A stretch of 64,000 bases of DNA from Paramoeba atlantica (lineage: Eukaryota > Protista > Discosea): NCBI GenBank assembly GCA_977017575.1, contig CDRNVI010000088.1, positions 62,001 to 126,000 on the forward strand, read 5' to 3'. Positions within the stretch are counted from its first letter, which is position 1; every line of letters begins with the position of its first letter. Made by a program: the position numbers and the translations under genes. Of the stretch, positions 20,266 through 29,403 are shown piece after piece. The notes beneath the pieces are model-generated. The model worked only from the letters and a program-made list of their open reading frames with translations, ran no database searches and had not been told where the DNA came from.

Positions 20266-21393
20266 TCAGCTGTAGTTACCTTTTACCGATTTTCCGATGG
20301 GGGGATTTTCGTCTTTCCAGTTCTCCCACTGTCGTTTCTGAATGAGCTCAATATCCTCAAGCTGCTCTGGGGAGAGATCCCTCATATATTTTTTAGTTTT
20401 CTCAGCTGATCTCTTTTCTTTGACCATTCTTTCTAAGGCTAAACTAATCTCGGTTTCGGCAAGATCTTCCAGTGACCTAGTCGGAGGATTCCTGTTTTGA
20501 AAGACAGATTTTTTAATGGAGAGGCGATCTAAGATCGCAGATGTACGTATCACGGGAGATGAATGTTCGTCGCAGGAAGTCTGATCCAGCGCACTTCTTG
20601 GACAACGCGCATCAGCTGTTTGCCTTTGATGTTCCGAGACGGATTTTATCCGTTGCTCGTCACTTAAGGAATGTAGTATGTGAAGTTCGTACGAGACATA
20701 AGAAATTGTACTAAGAGTCATATAGGCCCGAAGGAGAAGTTTTGCAATACCCAGCTCCCGTCTAGTTTCTTCTGAATCGTCCTTGAAAGAATCGTCGCTT
20801 CTCTTCTCATCTCTAAGAATATCAGTACTGATTTTACTTAGACGACACTCTAGCAACTTCACTTCACTCCTTAGTGCCGTGATTTTCTGACGAATATGAA
20901 TGGCTTTTGTTCGATCATGAGTGTGATAGGACATAGTTTGTGATATGTCATCCGTGGAATCTGCAATAAGCATGCTTGGAATAAAAGAATTTATGCCTTG
21001 CGGGAGAATGCTAAGACTTGATAATGTCTGAAAGAAAGATTTGTAAAAAGATATAGCATACGAAAGTGCGGCTTCTCGCCCAGCAACTTGTAACTCGAAT
21101 CCAACTTTTTCTAGTCTCGAAATTGCGTCCCCTTCAGGGAGAGGGAACCGCAAAAGCTGCAATAGCTCCGCAAGATAATAAGGAAAAGAAAGTAGGGGCA
21201 AGTAAGATGTCGAGATGTCTCCAATGTCCTCATTTTCAGACAATATTCCTTTTGATCTTGCTACAGAATCAAGTCTTTGCACACAGCTGATTAGACCAAT
21301 TATTTCTTCACATAAGCGTTCGTCTGAAGAATCTTTTTCAAGCACGTCGCAAAATCTCTTTTCTAAGTTATCAAGAACGTCTCCCAAACTCAT
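20266..21393 (-). CDS. TAP42: TAP42/alpha4 (IGBP1) PP2A regulator
   Basis: LSENEDIGDISTSYLPLLSFPYYLAEL; VFQNRNPPTRSLED; RQWENWKDENP..GN. Confidence 0.92.
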   Translation of the reverse strand: MSLGDVLDNLEKRFCDVLEKDSSDERLCEEIIGLISCVQRLDSVARSKGILSENEDIGDISTSYLPLLSFPYYLAELLQLLRFPLPEGDAISRLEKVGFELQVAGREAALSYAISFYKSFFQTLSSLSILPQGINSFIPSMLIADSTDDISQTMSYHTHDRTKAIHIRQKITALRSEVKLLECRLSKISTDILRDEKRSDDSFKDDSEETRRELGIAKLLLRAYMTLSTISYVSYELHILHSLSDEQRIKSVSEHQRQTADARCPRSALDQTSCDEHSSPVIRTSAILDRLSIKKSVFQNRNPPTRSLEDLAETEISLALERMVKEKRSAEKTKKYMRDLSPEQLEDIELIQKRQWENWKDENPPIGKSVKGNYS

Positions 21394-21889
21394 CGTGGTA
21401 TAAACATGTGCAATGGGAAAAATAGCTTGGTTTCAAATTTCGAAAGGCTCACTCGGCGAATCGGAAAGTAATTTTTCTTGAAATTCGAAAGGAAAATTGA
21501 ATACTTTTCATCTGTACAATGTGTAACGAACTAAATCTTTCCAGATTAGATCTTGGAGAAGCCAACTTGGGGAAGGGTATCTCTGTAGATCTCGAGGTAC
21601 GGATGTAGAACCCGAGGATGGACTAGCCAAGTCCATGTAATACAATTCGTGAATAAAAAATGGATACTGGATGAGTTATTCTTCCTTTACTACTGTGTTA
21701 CTTCAGTGCTATCCAAAATATGCAAGATTATACACATTTTGTCTTCTCTCCGTAGTTGCATGAATACGCCTACAGAAAATGTATATTTCTGTATATTTCT
21801 ACAGAAAAAGGCTCTACGACACTATAAACAGGGTGCACAGTACCAAGCTGTTGGTATTTCAAACAACTTGTTGCATACCATGGGTTTCA

Positions 21890-23581
21890 TCATTTCATGC
21901 TCCAATCTACTTGTATATTCAACATACTAGATACAACAGGTCTCATATCCAACGTTCTCACACGCATTCCATGACGCGGGTGATATCCGAACTGATAAAC
22001 TACGTGCGTGTCTATTTCAATCTCAGGAGAACGTTCAGGGGGAAGTCCTGCTCGAAAGGCATACAGAACTTGAATTACTGCGGGATGCGCAATCACCAGC
22101 ACGGGCGATTCACTTCGATGTATGTGTAGAATGGCCTTTTCCAAACGAGCAACTAAATCGTGATATGACTCACCTCCTATCCATGCGATGTCATATTTTT
22201 CCAAAGGATTTTTTCTGGCAAGTAGTGGCGAAGGTATTGTTGTATCCACTTCGTGCAGTGTAAGGTTTTCCCAGTCACCGTGATTGATGTCATCCAGAGC
22301 AGACATATGCCGTACGCAATAAGAATCAACATGAGCCTTGTTGTCATTGCGCACTTCAATATTTTGAGACAAACTTTTTAAGTGCGAATCAGGCAAGATT
22401 TCGTGAAAATTTGGAACAGCGAGAGGAACTTTCTTATCGGGAGCTTGCATCCATATAGCAGTTTCTACAGCTGCAGTTCGAGAGGAGGTTAAAATATTTA
22501 GGGAAGGCACTGCAATGCGATCGAAAAGCCAACGAAGAGATAAAGAGAAACATAGACCCAGAGGAGTTAACTGACTATCTCCTCCAAGTCGATTCTCTAG
22601 TATATTTTTCGATTGTCCGCAGCTTGAAAGATATAAGTTTCCTTCCCTAGGGAAAAGACTGGTCAGAAAAGATACGAGTTTGATTGGAAGATTTCTTGAA
22701 ATATGCTGAAGCTGGATGTGCCTGGGCGGTTCAATAAGCCTCATAAAGCTGAGCTCCGAATCAGATCTTGGATCCAAGGGTTGATATATCTTTTTGTACT
22801 CCTTTGTTCGCCGCTCCAGTTCATTAGCAATATCATCCAGCTCATTAGTAGAATAAGTTTCCAAGTCAACGTTGCGTAGAAGATTCTGACGTTGCTCAAA
22901 TAAGCTTTCAGTCACACATTCAATAAAAACAATGCACTCCTTCGGGTAGTCATGAAACACATTCATTATAGCTTCACGTCTTTCGCTCGTCACGTTCGCT
23001 GAATCAATGATTGCAACCCCCGATGGCATACCTTCTATCCATTTTAAGGCGCATTCTGCTGCTATGAGGGCTACGCGATCTCGGTCTCGCTTCTGCTTTG
23101 CGTCCCCGATTCTGAACTCATCGTAGAGTTCACCAAACAAGTCGCGTCTGATCTGTGACGTGCTAAAAATCTTTGCTGGTATACCCTTCCAACACAGCCA
23201 CCGGGCAATGCGGCGGCAGGTAAAAGATTTTCCCTGAGCAGGAAGTCCAACCATTACGATGATTAAAAAGTTTTCCTCGGTAATACACAGTGCATTGTCC
23301 GTCAAAAGCCGTTCAGATGAGGAAGATATCGGCTTCTCCGTTCCTTTTAGTTGCGCTCTTTCTTGAGCTTCGGAGATCCCAGGAAAAGAGGATCCATTTT
23401 TACCCATCTTCACCGATCTATGAGACTTGCCAAGTCGCGGGTCGCGTGCTTCATCAGAAAAAACAGAAACATCGTACTCTTCACCCCATTCACAATCAAG
23501 ACTAATCTTGCGCCGGGGTGTCCACGGGGCATTTTCGTCGTAGTCATCTCCTTTACATGCTTCACAATTATTTTCCGTCAT
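21890..23581 (-). CDS. 6-phosphofructo-2-kinase/fructose-2,6-bisphosphatase family; phosphatase half likely inactive
   Basis: IVMVGLPAQGKS, IIDSANVTSERR, FIEC; phosphatase RHG motif reads SCG; GESYHDLVARLE, VLVIAH. Confidence 0.9.
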   Translation of the reverse strand: MTENNCEACKGDDYDENAPWTPRRKISLDCEWGEEYDVSVFSDEARDPRLGKSHRSVKMGKNGSSFPGISEAQERAQLKGTEKPISSSSERLLTDNALCITEENFLIIVMVGLPAQGKSFTCRRIARWLCWKGIPAKIFSTSQIRRDLFGELYDEFRIGDAKQKRDRDRVALIAAECALKWIEGMPSGVAIIDSANVTSERREAIMNVFHDYPKECIVFIECVTESLFEQRQNLLRNVDLETYSTNELDDIANELERRTKEYKKIYQPLDPRSDSELSFMRLIEPPRHIQLQHISRNLPIKLVSFLTSLFPREGNLYLSSCGQSKNILENRLGGDSQLTPLGLCFSLSLRWLFDRIAVPSLNILTSSRTAAVETAIWMQAPDKKVPLAVPNFHEILPDSHLKSLSQNIEVRNDNKAHVDSYCVRHMSALDDINHGDWENLTLHEVDTTIPSPLLARKNPLEKYDIAWIGGESYHDLVARLEKAILHIHRSESPVLVIAHPAVIQVLYAFRAGLPPERSPEIEIDTHVVYQFGYHPRHGMRVRTLDMRPVVSSMLNIQVDWSMK

Positions 23582-23944
23582 AGTGACTTCACGACACTGA
23601 GATCCTTAATAATGAGATAAGCGCAAAGTAACCGTAAAAGTTAATAAATACAGACAATGAATTTTTGTAGATTTCCCGTCCCACGGAATAGAGAGATAAT
23701 TGATCCACCATGTAGTTTTTAAGTAAAATTGCTGAAAAATAAAAAGGAGAGCACGATATACGAAGTGAAAAATCAAAACTTTGTGAAATAATATGAAATA
23801 TCATTGCCGCACGGAGCAACAGCACTTTTTGCTCGTAGTGAAATAATTAGGTCGTTTCAAATGACGCTACAAAGCTAATCTCACTTTACAAAAGCGTAGA
23901 GAACTTTGCAAACATGATTTTGAACGGGCTCAACTCGGAGTTGC

Positions 23945-25399
23945 CTATTTTACTAGATTCCTTCTTTTAGCCCCACTCTTGTTTGACTTCCTCAGTTGCT
24001 TTTTCTCCGATGAACTCATTTCATTCAGAGATATTCCGAGGTGACGAGATGGTTTCGGCTGGTAGAGATCCTGAGGGAGAGCTTCACTCGGAAGAGTAGA
24101 TCGCCCTTCGATGCTTACTGCCCCTGTTCCCTTCACCGCCCGAATTCGTGCATCGTGAGCCTCATCCAAGACAGGTTTCGGAGTGAAATAGAAATTTGAG
24201 AGAGCATCCAGATGTCCAGAAACATCTTTCCATAGTTCGATCGCTTTGAGTTCATCTTTTTCTTGCTGAGAAAGTTCATGCGCCGTTTCGGTAGAATTTT
24301 GTTGCATAGTTGCCTGTAGCTTTTCCATATACTCTTTTTCATAAAGATCAACAAGACTAAATTTACTTCGCTCCCCAATGGCTTCCTCTCTTGAATTAGT
24401 AGGCTGTAGATCAGAGGCTTTACTAAATATCTCACGACGTTGCACATCGTCAAAATTTTGATTCTTAACTCTATTTTTTATGCGCTCTTCTAAGTTAAAC
24501 ACCATTTCTGTCGTAATCCGAGGAGCCTCCTTCAATGCATAATCGATTTCCAGATGTTCGTGAAGAAGCGCATCTTTCGGTCGTTGTGCAACAGTTACCT
24601 CTCCTTGTAAACGCCAAGGTCTCTTTTCCAGTAACGTTTTTTCACCTTCTTTTACGTCGTTTTCTAATGAACGTTGTATTTCTTGGTATTTCGTTAAAAC
24701 CTTATCCACGTCCTTGGCCACATCAGCAATATCACCCAAGACATCCAAATCTCCCACTTCGCCATCCGCATCGTCATCTGTTCCGTAGAATGCGTGTCGA
24801 GCTTCTTCCAGGTCATCGGAGTCGTGTGCGGATCCTCCACTTAAGCTCTTAGATGTCCCGCTGGATTCCTCTGAGTCATCTGAGTGAAAATCATTTTCGC
24901 TCGCATATTTTGACTTTTGGTTGTCGCGTAAGATAACGGAGTCTCTTTGTTCGTCTTTATCGCTACCTTTATTTTTAGTTTTGGAGAATTTTTGCAGCAA
25001 TTTTTCCATTTCTATTGATTCCTTGTTGATTTGTTTATTTTTATCCTTGCTTAATTCAATATTTTTCACTTCCGGATACGCGCTTTGTTCATCTTGCTCT
25101 TTAAGGTTTTCGTCAGGGTCAATATGTCGCTCTGTTTTGCTATTTTGAGTACAAACATTTTCTGACTCTTTAAGCTGCGCCCAGATTTCATCAAGGTCGC
25201 AATCAGCATCTATAATGAGCTGTGATGTTTTTCGGGAAACTTCGTAACGGTTGAGTGCATTGAATATTTCGGATACTGATTCCCGAAAAACGGAGGAAAC
25301 TTTACGTGGTATGGTTTCCTCTATACGTTGAACTTCTAGATCAAGAATTGCTGCAGGTGATGCAAGGGGCAAGTTCCTTACATTACGTAGAGGAATCAT
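23945..25399 (-). CDS. MPP10: U3 snoRNP protein MPP10
   Basis: EKRPWRLQGEVTVAQRPKDALL..LEID..P.IT.E..LEERIKNR...NFDDVQRR; SLVDLYEKEY; HLDALSNFYFTPKP; likely ATG at 25399. Confidence 0.93.
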   Translation of the reverse strand: MIPLRNVRNLPLASPAAILDLEVQRIEETIPRKVSSVFRESVSEIFNALNRYEVSRKTSQLIIDADCDLDEIWAQLKESENVCTQNSKTERHIDPDENLKEQDEQSAYPEVKNIELSKDKNKQINKESIEMEKLLQKFSKTKNKGSDKDEQRDSVILRDNQKSKYASENDFHSDDSEESSGTSKSLSGGSAHDSDDLEEARHAFYGTDDDADGEVGDLDVLGDIADVAKDVDKVLTKYQEIQRSLENDVKEGEKTLLEKRPWRLQGEVTVAQRPKDALLHEHLEIDYALKEAPRITTEMVFNLEERIKNRVKNQNFDDVQRREIFSKASDLQPTNSREEAIGERSKFSLVDLYEKEYMEKLQATMQQNSTETAHELSQQEKDELKAIELWKDVSGHLDALSNFYFTPKPVLDEAHDARIRAVKGTGAVSIEGRSTLPSEALPQDLYQPKPSRHLGISLNEMSSSEKKQLRKSNKSGAKRRNLVK

Positions 25400-25575
25400 T
25401 AATACTGTTTTTAAAACAGAAATAAAATATTTATTGAAGACGATATTTTCGAGGTAGAACAAGTTAACGTACAGACTAACTGCTCCAGCTTACCCTGGAT
25501 ACAAATGTCCGCTTGCATCCACTTGGAGAGTTATCGTAGAATAATATCTGCATCTTACTTCATGAGCGGAAATCT

Positions 25576-26946
25576 CTAGTTATATCGTAGTGAAGTGTAT
25601 GATAGCCAACGTGCCAAAACCCGTTCACTTGTTTCTTTTTGAAGAATTCGTTTAACGATCTCATCCTCAAAAAGTTTGCTTTCGTCGGTTTCTCCATCAA
25701 AGTGAATCACCATTTTATCGCAATTGTTTCCTTCAAGTTTTATTCTCTCCAATTTTGAGTTGTATCTGTCGAAACTTAAGGATCTTAGGAATAAGCCGTT
25801 TGCGGGAAGCATCGGAATGTCATGCGCAAAGTCTTTCCGCAAGAGTGTTGACAGGTATTCCTCGTTCAGATCTTCGTTTATTATGCAAAGCACAGCAGAT
25901 ACCATCTTTCGAATCTGATTTAACATAAAACTTTGGCCGGAAATTCGAACGAGGAGACATTCATGCGATTTGCCCTCACCAAGTGAGACTCGAGAAATTG
26001 TACTCTCAGAAATATATCGCATACAACTTGGATCATCGCTTGCTTTTTTCGGAGTAAAATTGTGAAAAGAGTTAGTTCCCAAAAATACACCTAGAAGACG
26101 TTGAGCCTTGCTAAGCAATGCCCTAAACTCACTAGACTCTCTCTCCTGGTCTATTATCTCTTCTATTGGCATGTTGAATAACTCTTCTATGTGGTCAAAA
26201 TGCTTTGGCTGCAGCCGCAATATGCGTTTAATATACATGTGTGCTTCTGCATTTCTCGAGCAAGAAGATGTGCTACTTTTCTGTACTTCTGTTTGTCCTT
26301 CACCCTTCGGCTTATCAACAATGTTTTTCTTAATACAAACTTCGGTTTCAATATTTTCGGAAGGAGAATCTATAGCTTCATGATCTGCTGTGCTACAAAG
26401 AGCTATTATTCTTTTGGAGAAATCCTTTTTACGATGCTTACCCAACAGAGCGTACGTAGGTAGAATGTAACAATAGGTACGAGAAGTACAATCCTCGTAA
26501 CTGTTGAAAGAATTTGTTACAGGAATAGATGAAAATACACGAATGTCGGGTGGGAGGTGAGGTGCCAGAAAAGTAGGAATGCTTTCGATATTACTCTCGG
26601 TGGGTAGTTGTACCTTTAAGCTTATGACATTTTGAAGGGCATGTACCCCTTTGTCGGTTCGTGACGCACGCTTCCATGAGTTCTTGTTTTGCCAGTCTCC
26701 GTTTTGATTCTCTAGGGAAAACAGACGAGCTTTACACAGGGACTGAAATAACGTATCCTCAACGGTGGGGAAGAGTTTATTACACATGGCCGCGGAACCA
26801 TGATAAGCATCGCCACAATATCCGAAATGAAGAGCAATCTTATGCTTACGTAGCTTTTGCTTGAACTCCAATATTTCCGCACTCGATTGATGCGTATCTT
26901 GGAGTTCTTCTGACGTTCCTTCCACCAGTTCATTTCGTTCTATCAT
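25576..26946 (-). CDS. PUS1: tRNA pseudouridine synthase, TruA/Pus1 family
   Basis: FGYCGDAYHG, ASRTDKGVHA (catalytic Asp), SRTYCY, GTNSFHNFT, GQSFMLNQIRKMV. Confidence 0.92.
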   Translation of the reverse strand: MIERNELVEGTSEELQDTHQSSAEILEFKQKLRKHKIALHFGYCGDAYHGSAAMCNKLFPTVEDTLFQSLCKARLFSLENQNGDWQNKNSWKRASRTDKGVHALQNVISLKVQLPTESNIESIPTFLAPHLPPDIRVFSSIPVTNSFNSYEDCTSRTYCYILPTYALLGKHRKKDFSKRIIALCSTADHEAIDSPSENIETEVCIKKNIVDKPKGEGQTEVQKSSTSSCSRNAEAHMYIKRILRLQPKHFDHIEELFNMPIEEIIDQERESSEFRALLSKAQRLLGVFLGTNSFHNFTPKKASDDPSCMRYISESTISRVSLGEGKSHECLLVRISGQSFMLNQIRKMVSAVLCIINEDLNEEYLSTLLRKDFAHDIPMLPANGLFLRSLSFDRYNSKLERIKLEGNNCDKMVIHFDGETDESKLFEDEIVKRILQKETSERVLARWLSYTSLRYN

Positions 26947-27254
26947 TTCGTTCAACAAGCACAGGGTTTACGCCAGGGAAAGAAAAAATACATTAACCTG
27001 AAAAGGAATTTAAATCCAACTATAAAAAAAGTTCCCTCGACCTTACAATTTCTATCACTTGTGCGAGCTTGGAAATTCACACTTCAATTCATTTCACTTC
27101 CTTCAAAATCATGCACACTAACACTTTAATAATGTCATATACAATGTAACGCTTTGACATTTTCGTACATCCCCCCACAACGGCCCGCCTTTTATCTTTT
27201 TTCCGTTCGAGTAAGAAACTTCAAGAGAGAAATAACGGAAGAATAATATTTCGT

Positions 27255-27353
27255 GAAGAATTGTAAAGCTACGCTTGACCAGGAAAACTTTCCCCATATT
27301 TGGAGGAAGAATTGTAAAGCTACGCTTGACCAGGAAAACTTTCCCCATATTTG
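27255..27353. repeat. Perfect 48-bp tandem duplication (period 51)
   Basis: GAAGAATTGTAAAGCTACGCTTGACCAGGAAAACTTTCCCCATATTTG at 27255 and 27306. Confidence 0.95.
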
Positions 27354-27376
27354 CCCCAAACGAAAGCGCAAAGCCC

Positions 27377-28999
27377 CTATTCGACCTTTCCAAGAAAATA
27401 CAAACTACCGCCCATCACTGCCACAGCAGCAAGACTCTTACGAAAATACAAACACTCGGAAAGAACCCTCACAAACCACGAACACGGCGGCGGTTTCCCT
27501 TCCTTTTCAAAAGGAATTGGCACATGCAGCCCCTCGAGCACGTCCAGGGCGCTGGTGACGGCTTGCTCCAGCAGCGTGGCGCCCCCGGGCACCGCGTAGC
27601 TCCCGCAGAACCACAACCCGTGCCTTCCCTGGACCCGAGGCAACACGTCCCGCAGCACACTCTCGGAGTGCAACGACACCAGCGCACGCGTGAAACGGAT
27701 GTCGGCTAAAACCGTATGGGAGGGGAGCGCAGAACCGCAAAATTTGGATTCTAATGTCTTCTGTTGTTCACGGCTGGTTTCGCTCTCTACAGTGTGAAAT
27801 AAATCACCTGGGGAAGGGGGGGAATTTAACGCGTTGCTGCTTTCGTCAAAAGGAAGTGGGTTCCAGGTTTGATAGCACGATAATGTGCCGGGAGGGGGGT
27901 GGAGGATTTTATCGCATCGAATGGTACACTCACTGGTGGAGCGAGCTGTTCGAGATTTCGGCAGACGAATCCGCACGTTGGTGTCAAAATTTGTTGCGTG
28001 CTCTACGGTACTGTCCGCAGAATGGATACAACCATTGGAAGAAAACGTTCGGAAAGCTAAGAAAGGGTCATAAACGGTTGGAAAAGAGCGACACAGGAGT
28101 TTATGTGCCGTAGTCCCATCGGTTGCCAAAACTACAGCATCGAATGACTTCGTGGATCCACTGCCCAGTCGAATGCCCAGTCTCCTGCAAATATTATCGG
28201 ATGAATTGGGTTTGCCGTCTTCATTTACGAAGATTTCCATAATTTCTTGTCCTAAATGAACTTGAGAATCAGGAACTCGTTCCATCAGTCTTTCTCTTAC
28301 GTAGCGCATCCCATGCTTAGCTCGTTTCCAGGAGGTGAAGACCGCAGTACTTCCACTGAGCATGTAGTGTGCAATATTTTCTGCTGGGTAAGCTCTTACA
28401 GCATCAAATGAACATGACAAAACAACAGAAAGAGCGCCCAGTAAAAATTTCTCATAGAATACGTATGAGAATCCTCTGGATCTCATATCTGTTTCAAGGG
28501 AAATATGCTTCAATCTACCACGACGCAACAGAGCAGGGGTGAGTGTCAAGTAACGTGTAAGATCCCAGGTAATTTGCCATCCTGCAGCTGTAGAAAGAGA
28601 TTTCAATCCCAATGGAGCTGAAAAGAAATTTGAGTATTCCCAAAGCGCGGTTTCGTCATCTTCCTCGTAAAGAGAAAACGAATAATCTACGTCTCGCAAC
28701 TCAATGCCCAAATGTTTGTACATGGAGAGAAGATTATTGTAGTAGTGAGAGGACACTGCACGAAGTGGAGTATCAATGTTTGTTTTATCGGTGGAAGGCT
28801 TTATAGAGCTCGTGTCCTTTGTCGGATACGGAATACAATGTTGATCAAGCCCAATAGCCTCCGAACTTTCAAACAGATGAGCCTCGTGAGAACCCTGATT
28901 GAGAAAATGCATTACTGTGAGCCCCGCAAGCCCACTACCTATCACAGCAATGCGAGAATTAGAAGGGAGTTTGGGCTGAGGCGTATCCGGAAGCACCAT
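27377..28999 (-). CDS. FAD/NAD-binding oxidoreductase (amine oxidase-like) with C-terminal membrane anchor
   Basis: RIAVIGSGLAGL..LFE dinucleotide fold; IDTPLRA; QGRHGLWFCGSY..LLEQAVTSAL; hydrophobic tail; likely ATG at 28999. Confidence 0.8.
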   Translation of the reverse strand: MVLPDTPQPKLPSNSRIAVIGSGLAGLTVMHFLNQGSHEAHLFESSEAIGLDQHCIPYPTKDTSSIKPSTDKTNIDTPLRAVSSHYYNNLLSMYKHLGIELRDVDYSFSLYEEDDETALWEYSNFFSAPLGLKSLSTAAGWQITWDLTRYLTLTPALLRRGRLKHISLETDMRSRGFSYVFYEKFLLGALSVVLSCSFDAVRAYPAENIAHYMLSGSTAVFTSWKRAKHGMRYVRERLMERVPDSQVHLGQEIMEIFVNEDGKPNSSDNICRRLGIRLGSGSTKSFDAVVLATDGTTAHKLLCRSFPTVYDPFLAFRTFSSNGCIHSADSTVEHATNFDTNVRIRLPKSRTARSTSECTIRCDKILHPPPGTLSCYQTWNPLPFDESSNALNSPPSPGDLFHTVESETSREQQKTLESKFCGSALPSHTVLADIRFTRALVSLHSESVLRDVLPRVQGRHGLWFCGSYAVPGGATLLEQAVTSALDVLEGLHVPIPFEKEGKPPPCSWFVRVLSECLYFRKSLAAVAVMGGSLYFLGKVE

Positions 29000-29403
29000 A
29001 AAAGAAATATTAGGACAGTACCCGAAACCTGATACGCGAAAATAGAATTTGTAAATAGAATGTAAATCGATACACCGCACAATGTACATCGCTATGGAAC
29101 TCTACGTACTTCTTAATGGCTGGCATTAAATTGAAAAAAAAATCATGGTGACCGGGAAAATGGGCTTGATGTAAAACTCATTGGAATTCAAAGCAAGTAA
29201 TTTTTGAGAGATACGTTGGATATGAAGAAGTACAATGTGAAAACGAGTAAACTAAACATCTACTGGATATTAATAGCGAAAAAGTAAAGTCCAAAAATAA
29301 TCTATGCTTCTCGCGTCTGCCGCAAGAAACGTTTATAAACGCTTATGAAACTAAAGTAGGTATTAGCAGTGAACATGTACACGAGACTATCAAAAGAACG
29401 GCG

